Part shown: in pieces, positions 9,258-18,004 of the stretch
Numbering within the stretch: the first letter of the stretch is position 1
Layout of the letters: the number at the start of each line of letters is the position of its first letter
Virus record (IMG/VR): IMGVR_UViG_3300032770_000001
Location: 391,709 to 455,708 of that record
Reading direction: 5' to 3' (one strand)
Length of the DNA stretch: 64,000 nt
Notes under the pieces: generated by a model
Told to the model about the DNA's origin: nothing
The model's input: only the letters and a program-made list of their open reading frames with translations
The model's database searches: none
Position numbers and translations under genes: made by a program

Positions 9258-9309
9258 AGTGTGTCCCTAACGGGCATGTACCAATTTTCAAGATACTGAG
9301 GATAGTTCC

Positions 9310-9807
9310 ATGCGTACTTTTTCTGTTGAACCGCAGTTCAACGACACCGTTGACATGCTTGCCCTAGCCATTGGCTATCTTTCCGAACCAACCCCCAACA
9401 ACTCCATCGGACAAGCGGCGACCGACGCCGAGGCCGAAGCTCTAATCAAAGAGGCTGAGAAAGGCGGTCAGGTCGCTCAATACGTCATCTTCAACCCGCA
9501 AGATTATCACCTATTTCGCTACCGCAATCCGCGTCTCATCCATCACTTCGATTACGAGACACAGCAGCGCCTCGTCCGCCGTGGCATCGTTGGCTACCTG
9601 TGGGGAACCACGGTCGTGCTCGACAAGAATGTCACACGCGGCTATATCGTAGTCAGTGCGGACAGCCGCGAGAATGCGTTGAAGAGCGACAAATCCCTTA
9701 TTGTCGAGATCAGCAAGTTGGAAATTCCGAATCTTTCGATCACTGTGTCGAAAGCGAGTACGGACTGGTCGAACGGGCCATGCCCGGTATCGCAAGATCA
9801 AGACTAG
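9310..9807 (+). CDS. Truncated MCP paralog (A-domain-like segment only)
   Basis: VIFNPQDY...DYETQQRLVRRGIVGYLWGTTVVLDKNVTRGYIVVSAD aligns to MCP VFFNPRDY...DRETQRKLLKTGVMGYLWGATLLQSRKVGYGSIYILAD; RBS GAGGA. Confidence 0.85.
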   Translation: MRTFSVEPQFNDTVDMLALAIGYLSEPTPNNSIGQAATDAEAEALIKEAEKGGQVAQYVIFNPQDYHLFRYRNPRLIHHFDYETQQRLVRRGIVGYLWGTTVVLDKNVTRGYIVVSADSRENALKSDKSLIVEISKLEIPNLSITVSKASTDWSNGPCPVSQDQD

Positions 9808-10811
9808 GACTTTGGGAGACCCAACACGCTCATGATCCGGGCGACTTCGGCTGGATCATTCTTGATGGGTGCTGTCGCAAAGGGATCGGTCGGATTAAAG
9901 CAGGAGCGAACCATCTCGCTCCATGTCCGGTCGGATTCCCATCGACAGTTTTCCTCACTCCAATGGATGGATGAGAGTCTGGTTTTGAACACTGTGCGCT
10001 TGCCGAACTTGATGAGCACGTATGGCGTGCCGAAATCGGTGATTATCTGCCAGACCACGCCTGTACCCTTGCCGACGACCGTGATCTGCGTCCCCGGCTG
10101 GATTCCCCTGCCGTAACCACGCAACGTTTCATGTCGCCACGCTTCATCTTGAAAGTACCGCAGTCCATCATCCTTCCAGCCGTAATCCTTCACCCAGAGG
10201 GGCACACGCAGGCTGCTCTCGCCGTTGTCGAAACGAGACTCGGTAAGAAACATATCGACGTTGAAAGCTGACAGGTTCTTCAACCATTCTTCGGCGACAC
10301 GCACCTTCGGCGGCAGTACGTCCATCGGGATCACGAAATTCTTTGGATACCCGTACTGCGCCCTGTAGCCGACCTCGCATTCAATGATCGAGCCCCACAG
10401 TGCGACCTGTCCGTGGATGCCCTTCTCCGCGTATTTGATCCGCACCAGATGGGCGAAGTCCTTGGCGGCATAGATACCGCAGCGGCAGTCATCGACTGGA
10501 GATTCGTGTTTCACGACGTTCAAGAAAAACCATCGGGCTTCCGCCTCGGTCATTGGTTCCCTCGCACCGAGGTCGATGAACTGACCATCGGCGGTGAGCG
10601 AGGGACTGGCTCCGCGAACGCGAGTGTTCACCCAACTGGTAAAGTTGTGAACCTTCGGCTTCATGTAATGCTTGGTGATGGCTTTGTTGCAGGTCGCAAC
10701 CATTGCCTGTCCGGGAACCCACGGCTCATGGTTGAGCGACGTGAGCCCCCTAGCGTCCCAATCCCACGTGCGGTACGCGATGAGAGGATCGATGTAATCA
10801 GGGATTATCAT
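9804..10811 (-). CDS. Conserved phage hypothetical protein (AYRxW...CxCGIYA...GxVxLWG...GYRAQY)
   Basis: Start moved to MIIPDY at 10811 (ATGA overlap with the upstream gene); motif pattern recognised from other phage proteins. Confidence 0.75.
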   Translation of the reverse strand: MIIPDYIDPLIAYRTWDWDARGLTSLNHEPWVPGQAMVATCNKAITKHYMKPKVHNFTSWVNTRVRGASPSLTADGQFIDLGAREPMTEAEARWFFLNVVKHESPVDDCRCGIYAAKDFAHLVRIKYAEKGIHGQVALWGSIIECEVGYRAQYGYPKNFVIPMDVLPPKVRVAEEWLKNLSAFNVDMFLTESRFDNGESSLRVPLWVKDYGWKDDGLRYFQDEAWRHETLRGYGRGIQPGTQITVVGKGTGVVWQIITDFGTPYVLIKFGKRTVFKTRLSSIHWSEENCRWESDRTWSEMVRSCFNPTDPFATAPIKNDPAEVARIMSVLGLPKS

Positions 10812-10993
10812 TCTTGTCCGAGGAATGGGTGAAACTCTTCCCACGGCCCGTCGCCGAAGTTGTAGACCGAGACCACGCCGTCATCCCAATGGATTTCGAA
10901 CTTGATCCAACTGAGCACCTTGACGGTGCCCTTGACGCCGGAGTCGTTCAGAATGACGCGGCGTCCTGTCACAATTTCCTGTGCGAATGTCAT
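10808..10993 (-). CDS. Small SH3-like early protein
   Basis: 61 aa; overlaps both neighbours by coupled start/stop codons. Confidence 0.7.
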   Translation of the reverse strand: MTFAQEIVTGRRVILNDSGVKGTVKVLSWIKFEIHWDDGVVSVYNFGDGPWEEFHPFLGQE

Positions 10994-11136
10994 TAGGGCA
11001 CCAGTACAGGTTCCCGTTCGGGAACATTCGGCTCAGGTTCAGGGGTGACAGGGGGTAAATGTTCCCGGTCGGGAACATGCGCCGGGGCTTCCAGCGGCTC
11101 GATCACGAAGCGGCGAACTGGCTCTCCGATGTTCAT
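10993..11136 (-). CDS. 47-aa Pro/Glu-rich peptide (MNIGEPVRRFVIEPLEAPAHVPDREHLPPVTPEPEPNVPEREPVLVP)
   Basis: Below the ORF-track cutoff; leaderless TGATATAAT-N6-ATG start; TAATG coupling to the next gene. Confidence 0.75.
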   Translation of the reverse strand: MNIGEPVRRFVIEPLEAPAHVPDREHLPPVTPEPEPNVPEREPVLVP

Positions 11137-11152
11137 GCCCCGATTATATCAG
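11134..11152 (-). promoter_or_regulatory. Sigma70-type extended -10 promoter, leaderless
   Basis: cTGaTATAATcggggcATG. Confidence 0.7.
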
Positions 11153-11316
11153 TCTCCTCGCGTTCCGACAATGAATGTCAGATCGCCGTCCCGGTGCCTG
11201 TTGATGTGGCCGAAACGCCGCTGGCATTTCACCCGGCGTGGCGATGTATCCAGATAGGCGGGGCAGCGTTTGCCGAGTAATCCGAGCACCCAACCCCAGA
11301 ACGTCCAGTCTCTCAT
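11149..11316 (-). CDS. Small hypothetical protein
   Basis: Start MRDWTFW at 11316 (ATGA overlap). Confidence 0.55.
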   Translation of the reverse strand: MRDWTFWGWVLGLLGKRCPAYLDTSPRRVKCQRRFGHINRHRDGDLTFIVGTRGD

Positions 11317-11531
11317 GCGTATTCCTTCTGAACTCGTTCTTCGATGTGCTTGTACTGATGCCGCATCTGCATGATCGCCGATTGCGGCAGGTATTCTTTC
11401 CCGCACTCCTCGCACTTCACCGCAGAGGCGATACCGAGACAGAACTTGGACTCAATCGCGACAAAGCCACGTGCCTTCCAGACATCTTTCCACCCGGCGA
11501 TGCGATAGCGATTCGGGTCTTTGGCTCTCAT
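11313..11531 (-). CDS. Small C2H2-type Zn-finger protein
   Basis: CEECGKEY...HQYKH; start MRAKDP by ATGA overlap. Confidence 0.65.
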   Translation of the reverse strand: MRAKDPNRYRIAGWKDVWKARGFVAIESKFCLGIASAVKCEECGKEYLPQSAIMQMRHQYKHIEERVQKEYA

Positions 11532-12043
11532 TCTGCCCACCCCAACTCAGCCAGAATCGCCTTACCCTTCTTGGTGCTCGGATTGACGATGCACTTGGTC
11601 AGGCCATCGACGATTTTCCACGTCTCAGTCGGGGTCAACATGATCGCCTTGAACTCGCGACCCTCGCGATGCGCACGCACCGCCCGGTGGTTGCCGTCGA
11701 TCAGGATCGCGGACATCTTCGGACCGCCATCCGGCTTCGCCCATAACACGGTCGCCAGAATGCCGGGGCGCTCCGGGTCTTGCAGGTGCGCCAGATGCGG
11801 CTCGTTGATATAGACCATGCTCATGTGGTGCGACTTCTTGCCGCAGGAGCACTGCGAGATCACGACGCCGCAGTTCAGGCACTTCTCCTCTTCCAGAGGC
11901 AGCCCGATACCCTCCAAGAAAGCCTTCGGCACCGTGCGCAACGGGCGCTCCGGCGTCACCAGCTTGTTGGCGGCGGCGACATCAAACTCCAATGCCAGCA
12001 TCCGAAACCGTTCGTTCTCGTAATTTCCGCAGTTATCGCACAT
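11528..12043 (-). CDS. ParB/Srx N-terminal domain protein
   Basis: ILIDGNHRAVRA motif; RBS GGAG. Confidence 0.75.
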   Translation of the reverse strand: MCDNCGNYENERFRMLALEFDVAAANKLVTPERPLRTVPKAFLEGIGLPLEEEKCLNCGVVISQCSCGKKSHHMSMVYINEPHLAHLQDPERPGILATVLWAKPDGGPKMSAILIDGNHRAVRAHREGREFKAIMLTPTETWKIVDGLTKCIVNPSTKKGKAILAELGWAE

Positions 12044-12055
12044 AAGTCGTCTCCG

Positions 12056-13534
12056 TTAGAACCGTGGCGGCATGTACTCGTTACGACGCTGCCGCATTTC
12101 GCAAATCAAGGCATCCGCCAGAATCCATTCCTCGCGTTCCTTCTGCTCAGCCGCACGCTGCGCCTTACGCGCCTTGGCAGCGGCTTTCTTTTCTTCCTTG
12201 GTCTGGTAAGCCTTGGCGCGGCTGATGGTGGTCTGCTTCACGGCTTCCCTCTGCTCACCCGTGCGCTGATCGGTTCCGGCGTATTCCTCATGCTTCTTCA
12301 CAGTCGCCGTCAGGCTAACCACGTCGCCGACGTTGATGTCCTGCTCAGTCGCCGGGTTGTAGTACACGTTCGAGGAGAACCACACGATCACGTTGCCAGC
12401 CGCATCCTTGAACTTGTACAGGTGCGATACGCCCCAATCGCTCTCAAGATCGCGGGTGAACACCAGCGTCAGGTTCAGGAAGTCGCTACGCTTACCAACT
12501 TCGCCGACGTACTGACTGTTCTTGTCCGACTCGAACTGCTTGCGGCGGTTGATCTCGCGTTCCATCTCACGCATGTAAGTCGGGATCGCGGAGCAAGCGA
12601 TGCCGAAATTCTTGCTGGTGAACGTCGCACCCTTGCCGAGAACCGACAGGTTGTACATGTAGTCGTTCAGGTTCTCGCGTTCCGACAGGGACGCCAGCCA
12701 CTCGGCAACTTCGTGCGCCGTCGCCTTGTCCTCATCGGTCGGCTTCAACGGCTTTTCCCACTGCTTGCGCTCGTGCGCCCGTGCGAAAACCCAATTGGAA
12801 ACTTCGTTGGAAGTCGAGAGCGTACCGTACTCACGGGCCGTCTTGTTCGAGCGCCAACCATTCAGGCGAATCTGGCACGCGGCGAGGGCAAGAATCTCTT
12901 CCGCCATGAACCGCTCGACGTAGCGTCCACCCGCCCCACCGAAGAAGTCGTCATCTTCGGAGCCCATGCACAAATCTTCGGCGGACATCAGGTACTCGGC
13001 GTAACGGCAGAAAACCTCAGGCGATGTGTGACCCAAAAAATCGCGGAGGCAGTTGCGACCGACCTGCTTGTAGGTATCGTCCTCGTGACGCAGGACGAAG
13101 GTCTCGTTGCGGCGGCGGATCGTATTGCAATGATCGCAGTGATTTTCAGCGGAGCGATAGGCAACCGGAACTTCGTGCGAGGCTCCGGGGACGTTGCGCA
13201 GCATGTTGCCGAGGCTCTTGCCTTCCTCGTCGGTGACAGGCTGGATGACGGCGATGAATTCCCAACCGTTCAGCTTGGGGGCTTCGCCGGAGACGGTGAT
13301 GTCGAACACCTTGCGGAAGCAGCGAATCTTGTTGGTCGGGAACCCGGTGTATTCATCGTTCTCGTAAACCGGGACTTCCTTGGAGCCGAGGACGTTGATG
13401 ATGATCGTGCCGCAATTCAGCTTCGCAGCACGCTTGTTCAGCTTGGCGATCTGCTCTTCCAGCTTGGGAAGGTTGAATTCAGGAACTTCGAAGATTTTCG
13501 GCTCGGCGGCGACGTTGTTCATAACCTGTTCCAT
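12056..13534 (-). CDS. Conserved phage early protein, Zn-binding, with C-terminal OB-fold-like region
   Basis: 492 aa; CDHCN..RRRN..KQVGRNCLRDF; YVGEVGKR...YKFKDAAGNVIVWF; first gene behind a leaderless promoter. Confidence 0.8.
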   Translation of the reverse strand: MEQVMNNVAAEPKIFEVPEFNLPKLEEQIAKLNKRAAKLNCGTIIINVLGSKEVPVYENDEYTGFPTNKIRCFRKVFDITVSGEAPKLNGWEFIAVIQPVTDEEGKSLGNMLRNVPGASHEVPVAYRSAENHCDHCNTIRRRNETFVLRHEDDTYKQVGRNCLRDFLGHTSPEVFCRYAEYLMSAEDLCMGSEDDDFFGGAGGRYVERFMAEEILALAACQIRLNGWRSNKTAREYGTLSTSNEVSNWVFARAHERKQWEKPLKPTDEDKATAHEVAEWLASLSERENLNDYMYNLSVLGKGATFTSKNFGIACSAIPTYMREMEREINRRKQFESDKNSQYVGEVGKRSDFLNLTLVFTRDLESDWGVSHLYKFKDAAGNVIVWFSSNVYYNPATEQDINVGDVVSLTATVKKHEEYAGTDQRTGEQREAVKQTTISRAKAYQTKEEKKAAAKARKAQRAAEQKEREEWILADALICEMRQRRNEYMPPRF

Positions 13535-13580
13535 GCCTATATTCTACCAGTGGAAGGCGCGAAAAAGGTAGTATTTTATG
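13532..13580 (-). promoter_or_regulatory. Early leaderless promoter, copy 1 (CTGGTAGAATATAGGC-ATG)
   Basis: Exact 19-bp repeat including the ATG; extended -10 TGnTAGAAT 6 nt before ATG; upstream AAAATACTACCTTTTTC. Confidence 0.85.
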
Positions 13581-13592
13581 GCTATATTTGCC

Positions 13593-14024
13593 CTATTTTG
13601 AGGCACTTACGGATAGTTTTAGCTGATGACCCACGTGCCAGCCCTCACAAAACGGGCAGTGGTAGACATCGTAGGGGACGCCCTCCCGATCCTGCACGGC
13701 GCGTCGGTGCGACTCGGCGAACGACTGGAACTTATGCCGCTGCTTGCCCCGGCACATGCGTGACCACTGGTCGTAGTTCTCGGCAGTGATGAACCGGGGA
13801 CGCTTCACCCGCGTACAGGCTCCGGCGTGCGGCAGGCGCTCCAGCTTGGCGTTGTAGTAGTACGGGCCGAAGTTGTTTGTAGGACGGCTCCCGGTGGTGT
13901 CTTTGCCAACCCTGCGCAGGACGCCGCAGACACAACGGGAAACGTAGATGAGACCGCCGTGGTTGTTGTCCCATACGCCGGGGTTCTCTTTCATGCCGCC
14001 ATGGGGCTTGAATTCGTGGTTCAT
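13593..14024 (-). CDS. Early hypothetical protein with C-terminal CxGK...YxCPFCxGWH Zn finger
   Basis: Probable start MNHEFK at 14024, just after the upstream stop. Confidence 0.65.
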   Translation of the reverse strand: MNHEFKPHGGMKENPGVWDNNHGGLIYVSRCVCGVLRRVGKDTTGSRPTNNFGPYYYNAKLERLPHAGACTRVKRPRFITAENYDQWSRMCRGKQRHKFQSFAESHRRAVQDREGVPYDVYHCPFCEGWHVGHQLKLSVSASK

Positions 14025-14025
14025 G

Positions 14026-14274
14026 TCAGTTTCCCATTTGAATGCCGGACATACTGATGCCTGCATCCTGCGGTTGTTCGGCACGTTTGCGCCGGGGCGT
14101 ATCGAGACTTTCACTAGCTGTGAGTTCTTCCAGACTTGCGGCTGCCCGGAGATCAACGCCCAAAGTTCTAAACTGCCCGTATCCCCGACGATTCGGAGCA
14201 TACCAGCGCGTTCGTCTCTTTGTCCAGCCGATCTCTTTCAGCTTGTTCACGATCTGCAATCGAGTGTATCTCAT
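14026..14274 (-). CDS. Early hypothetical protein
   Basis: MRYTRLQ start with GAGGAG RBS and ATGA overlap. Confidence 0.6.
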   Translation of the reverse strand: MRYTRLQIVNKLKEIGWTKRRTRWYAPNRRGYGQFRTLGVDLRAAASLEELTASESLDTPRRKRAEQPQDAGISMSGIQMGN

Positions 14275-14666
14275 GATTGCTCCTCTTCCCACTCGTTTAG
14301 ACGAGCCATCATATCACGGGGATTATCGGAAAGGCGACCCCACCTTGTGGCTATTCGCGAGGAGCCGACATCGTGGAAATGGTTGTGCATCTTCTCCACC
14401 AGTTCGGACAAGCGGAGCACCAGCGCCATGTCCTTCGCCTTGTTGGAATTCAGGATGTGCCAGTCGGCGATGATCTCGTCTGCCTTGTCGCGTAGATGCT
14501 CAGGGAACTCGTAGTCCGATGTGATCGCTCGGATGTCCTCGATCATTTCCTTCTCGATCTCAGCGACAGCCCGGAGGAATGCGTCGTCAGTGTAGAACGT
14601 GATGCGGGGGTGCTGCTTGGAAGCTTCCCCCACACGTCGCGACAGGTTGTCGAAATAGCTGCTCAT
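14271..14666 (-). CDS. Early hypothetical protein (helical)
   Basis: MSSYFDN start, ATGA overlap. Confidence 0.65.
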   Translation of the reverse strand: MSSYFDNLSRRVGEASKQHPRITFYTDDAFLRAVAEIEKEMIEDIRAITSDYEFPEHLRDKADEIIADWHILNSNKAKDMALVLRLSELVEKMHNHFHDVGSSRIATRWGRLSDNPRDMMARLNEWEEEQS

Positions 14667-15097
14667 AATTCCACTTTGGCAACCGGGTACGTGACTTCCC
14701 ACGCCTCGTACACGCAACGGTCGGTCGAGTCCCAACTATCGTACACGCTGCCGTTGACAACAGCAACTACGTGATGTGCCTGATGCAGGATGAACCGCCC
14801 TTTGCTGTACAGCTTCACGAACTTCTTGGCGGTCATGCGCTTCTCGCCGCGCTTCGCCGGGAAGGGGATGCGCTGCTTGACGCCGAGTTCGTAGCGATCC
14901 AGATAGAGACAGATGTTGAACCCGTTTGTGCGGTACTTGCCCTGCAAAGCGTACAGCTTGTCCCACGCTTCGCCGTAGGTTGTCCCGGCTGCGACCGTCA
15001 AGGCTCGAACCTGACAATCCCCGTTGTCGTCCTCATCGCGGACGTGTTTGCCGGGGTCATACTTCACGAGAATTGGATTGATGCGCTCTAGGCTCAC
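14663..15097 (-). CDS. Conserved phage early protein (GDCxVRA...HVVAVxxGxxYDSWDS; papain-like Cys/His/Asp pattern)
   Basis: GTG start with GGAGGG RBS; C, H and D residues ordered as in a peptidase-like triad (inference). Confidence 0.65.
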   Translation of the reverse strand: MSLERINPILVKYDPGKHVRDEDDNGDCQVRALTVAAGTTYGEAWDKLYALQGKYRTNGFNICLYLDRYELGVKQRIPFPAKRGEKRMTAKKFVKLYSKGRFILHQAHHVVAVVNGSVYDSWDSTDRCVYEAWEVTYPVAKVEL

Positions 15098-15276
15098 TGA
15101 CCCTCCAGAATCTTTGCGCTTGCGTTGTAATAGGCTGAACAAATCAGATACAACCGGGCGACAGCTTCCGCTCTGCCCGATTCGTTTTCAATCGACATCA
15201 GGCGTTCGGTCTGGAACTCGAACCAGCCCATCGAGCCGACTTGAAATCCACCATTCTCCAGTTTAGGCAATGCCAT
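15094..15276 (-). CDS. Small early hypothetical protein
   Basis: 60 aa, fills the operon. Confidence 0.5.
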   Translation of the reverse strand: MALPKLENGGFQVGSMGWFEFQTERLMSIENESGRAEAVARLYLICSAYYNASAKILEGQ

Positions 15277-15484
15277 GACGTTTGTCCCTCGCCTTTTCCC
15301 ATTTCCGCATCTGCTGGCTGCTCAGCGTTGCCGACGCCAGTGCTTGATCTTCCGGGTGCGCCTCGACCACATGTTTCAGGTGGTCTCCCATCCTCGGCGA
15401 CCGGGTGCCGCACTCGCAAACGTAACCGCCGTTCACGATGTCATACGCCGGGTGTGTCGATGCCCACAGTGCGCTTCTGCTCAT
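15263..15484 (-). CDS. Small Zn-finger early protein
   Basis: CECG...HLKH; start MSRSAL by ATGA overlap. Confidence 0.6.
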   Translation of the reverse strand: MSRSALWASTHPAYDIVNGGYVCECGTRSPRMGDHLKHVVEAHPEDQALASATLSSQQMRKWEKARDKRHGIA

Positions 15485-15687
15485 TCTGGGACCGCCTTGA
15501 TCTTCGGCTGCCGGACGTTGGGCAGCTTCACTTCGTGCCCGTTCTGGCATTTGTGCACCGACCCCGGCGTCATTTCGTTCACGCTCCAGTAGAGCGATCC
15601 AGTAGTCGTCTCCGGGACGCACTCGCCGCACGTCGGGCAGATGACATCCACGGTCGTGATCTGGTAGGACGCGGTCTTAGCTGACAT
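15481..15687 (-). CDS. Small Zn-ribbon early protein
   Basis: CPTCG...CQNGH; start MSAKTA. Confidence 0.6.
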   Translation of the reverse strand: MSAKTASYQITTVDVICPTCGECVPETTTGSLYWSVNEMTPGSVHKCQNGHEVKLPNVRQPKIKAVPE

Positions 15688-15937
15688 AGGCGTTGACCTC
15701 GTAGTTACCAGAGTTGTCCATCTTGTGCCACGTGAAGAGAATCCAAGTGCGCTCACCAACCTGCTCGTGGACGCGGCCATCGCGACCGCAGTAGATGCCT
15801 TCCTCCAGCGACTTGAAGCCGTTGGAGGTCAGGATGGCGTCGATGTCAGCGAGGGGGAGGGTTTCCGAGTAAATGGGGAGGGCGTGCAGGGCGTCATTGA
15901 CCGCGTTGCGTGCGCTGCGCTCTTGAGAAGCCGTCAT
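15677..15937 (-). CDS. Conserved small early protein (C-terminal ...GNYEVNAYVS)
   Basis: First gene behind leaderless promoter copy 2. Confidence 0.75.
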   Translation of the reverse strand: MTASQERSARNAVNDALHALPIYSETLPLADIDAILTSNGFKSLEEGIYCGRDGRVHEQVGERTWILFTWHKMDNSGNYEVNAYVS

Positions 15938-15980
15938 GCCTATATTCTACCAGCCAGACGCGACTTTTGGTTAGGATTTA
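15935..15980 (-). promoter_or_regulatory. Early leaderless promoter, copy 2
   Basis: Exact catgcctatattctaccag repeat on the + strand. Confidence 0.85.
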
Positions 15981-15999
15981 CGCCTTTAATTACAACAGT

Positions 16000-16233
16000 T
16001 TACGTGGCGTCCGAGTACAGATAGCGCGTGACGTAACGCTCCGCTTCTGACTTGAGAAGCAAGTTGCCGTTCTCCAGACTCCACAGAAGATTGAAAACTT
16101 CTTCCGGCGTACCGCCAACCTCAAATTGAACGGCAACGAATGCGTCGAAATATCTATCGAGATCGCTGGCACCGCCGTGTACGAAATCGGCACCCTCGTC
16201 TTGCAGCTTGAGTTGCTGTAGCGTTGATGGCAT
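16000..16233 (-). CDS. Small early hypothetical protein
   Basis: 77 aa, RBS AAGGGG. Confidence 0.65.
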   Translation of the reverse strand: MPSTLQQLKLQDEGADFVHGGASDLDRYFDAFVAVQFEVGGTPEEVFNLLWSLENGNLLLKSEAERYVTRYLYSDAT

Positions 16234-16245
16234 ACTGTCCCCCCT

Positions 16246-16437
16246 TTACCAGAGTTCAAGAACGTAGAACGGTTCGTTTCCGATCTTCCGAATTTCCACC
16301 ACCCGAACTTTGTCCCACTTGCCCCGGCTCAATACGAACGGGCGAATCTCAATGATGTCGCCAGCCTTGACGACCCGTTTGTATAGGACGTTGTAGTATC
16401 CTGCCGGACCAGTTCCGAGTTTGGCATGAATCATCAT
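16246..16437 (-). CDS. Small beta-barrel-like early protein
   Basis: Start MMIHAK coupled to the upstream stop. Confidence 0.6.
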   Translation of the reverse strand: MMIHAKLGTGPAGYYNVLYKRVVKAGDIIEIRPFVLSRGKWDKVRVVEIRKIGNEPFYVLELW

Positions 16438-16748
16438 TGCTTTTTCGAGCAGGACTTGAGTTCGTAAAGAACGCCATGATCTACGCCGCCCGGTCGCGTG
16501 ATTTTGTACAGGCAACCATCGGCACCGTAGGTGTCCAGTTCCTTCCCATCTGCACTGACCGGGCATTTGCCGGACGTAACGATGAAAGTGTTGTCAGCCG
16601 ACACCGTGTACTGGCAGGCGTCCACCGTAATCCCGTGATCGACGTATTCGACGGTGCGCACAGGTTGCGTCTGAGCATCGAATTTGGTGCTCGGCATTGT
16701 ACAGGCCGTCAACAGCAAAGGCAGCAGAATTGTAATGGACGATTTCAT
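16434..16748 (-). CDS. Lipoprotein, possible superinfection exclusion protein
   Basis: MKSSITILLPLLLTAC signal peptide with lipobox; TAATG coupling. Confidence 0.7.
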   Translation of the reverse strand: MKSSITILLPLLLTACTMPSTKFDAQTQPVRTVEYVDHGITVDACQYTVSADNTFIVTSGKCPVSADGKELDTYGADGCLYKITRPGGVDHGVLYELKSCSKKQ

Positions 16749-16927
16749 TAGCTCCCCCATCCGCTATCGTCGCGGGTCGTCAGCGATTTCAACATCTTCG
16801 CGGCTTCACAACTATCCACTTTCTCGGACGCCACGAGCAGGATCGCATTGCGTTCATGCTCCGACCGGGTGAAGATCGTGTTCAGAAGTCGTGCCAGTTC
16901 ATCAGCTTTGTCTACGATGTTGCTCAT
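16748..16927 (-). CDS. 59-aa hypothetical protein (MSNIVDKADELARLL...)
   Basis: Hand-translated; coupled to both neighbours. Confidence 0.65.
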   Translation of the reverse strand: MSNIVDKADELARLLNTIFTRSEHERNAILLVASEKVDSCEAAKMLKSLTTRDDSGWGS

Positions 16928-17163
16928 GGCTTTCCCCCCATCCCGAAGAGATACTCAAACGCCGCGATCACGGCTGGCTCATTGCCCATCGTTCGACGAA
17001 GATCAGTCATCAGACGGTATCGCTTGGCGAAGTCCATCAATTGTGACATCGAACCCAATCCGGCTTCGTAATGTGCACGAGCCCATGCCTGCGGGTCTTC
17101 GAGAATGTTGATGTGGTCGATCTTGCACGTCAACGGTCGGCAATGTGGACAAGTCCAGTTCAT
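16924..17163 (-). CDS. Small early hypothetical protein (CPHC)
   Basis: Start MNWTCPHC, TGATG overlap. Confidence 0.6.
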   Translation of the reverse strand: MNWTCPHCRPLTCKIDHINILEDPQAWARAHYEAGLGSMSQLMDFAKRYRLMTDLRRTMGNEPAVIAAFEYLFGMGGKP

Positions 17164-17585
17164 CAGTCTACTGTCTCCTCGTCGCTGGTATCCTGCCACT
17201 CAGCGATACGATCCTCTTCGACGTACCAACCCACAACCTGCCGGACGACTGTGACGGCACCGAAAGCTGTCTTGCCAGAGTCTATCACCTTCCGACCGTA
17301 AGCCAAAGCCTTCTCTTTCGCTCCCTCACCCCGGAAAACCCTCATCAGGTGATCCAGATCGGCGTCGATGTCGATGTCCAGTTCGTACCGCTTGAGCCGA
17401 CACGCTTCGATCTCGCACTTGTCGAAATCCCCGGCGTGCCCTAGCTGCGCGTGCTTGCGCTTGGCGTTCATTTCGACCATGCGGATACGCCGCTGTGCCG
17501 AAACTTTCACCTGCTCCCACGAGCACTTCCACCGCTCGGCACCGAACTCCTCGTGCGTCCTGTCTGGATAGAGCCAAACCTGCAT
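17163..17585 (-). CDS. Early hypothetical protein
   Basis: 140 aa, RBS GGAGG. Confidence 0.7.
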   Translation of the reverse strand: MQVWLYPDRTHEEFGAERWKCSWEQVKVSAQRRIRMVEMNAKRKHAQLGHAGDFDKCEIEACRLKRYELDIDIDADLDHLMRVFRGEGAKEKALAYGRKVIDSGKTAFGAVTVVRQVVGWYVEEDRIAEWQDTSDEETVD

Positions 17586-17597
17586 ACCAGCCTCCGG

Positions 17598-17867
17598 TTA
17601 CGCTACGGCGGTTTTACGGATGTGGTACATCACGAAACTCATGTCCTCGGTGCGGACATAGTTCGAGTTCTCGCGAACCCACACGATTGGACGACCGTTC
17701 TTTCCTGCCTGCTTGCGATAGTCCTTCTCGGCATACTGCTTCGCCGTGGCGAGATCGCTGAACGGCTTGGTGAAGTTGGTTGTCGTGTACTCGGAACCCA
17801 TCTGACCGCCAAGGTGCGTCAGGTTCTCGGATGTGAGTTGAAAGACCACTACTTTCTTTTTCGCCAT
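17598..17867 (-). CDS. Early hypothetical protein
   Basis: Start MAKKKV at 17867 with GGGAG RBS. Confidence 0.65.
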   Translation of the reverse strand: MAKKKVVVFQLTSENLTHLGGQMGSEYTTTNFTKPFSDLATAKQYAEKDYRKQAGKNGRPIVWVRENSNYVRTEDMSFVMYHIRKTAVA

Positions 17868-17869
17868 AG

Positions 17870-18004
17870 TTATGCTCCCAAGTGAATTTTGAGATAAACG
17901 TAGAACAGCGTACCGACGATCAGATAGCTCCACATGCGAATGTTGCGCTTCTGCTTTGCGGGGCTCTCCTGCTCGATGTTTCCTTGATCCCAAGCTGCGC
18001 TCAT
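17870..18004 (-). CDS. 44-aa single-pass membrane peptide
   Basis: MSAAWDQ...MWSYLIVGTLFYVYLKIHLGA; ATGA overlap. Confidence 0.55.
   Translation of the reverse strand: MSAAWDQGNIEQESPAKQKRNIRMWSYLIVGTLFYVYLKIHLGA

Noticed and set aside
11780-13789. 669-aa plus-strand ORF
   Set aside because: Antisense shadow of well-formed minus-strand early genes that have promoters and coupled starts.
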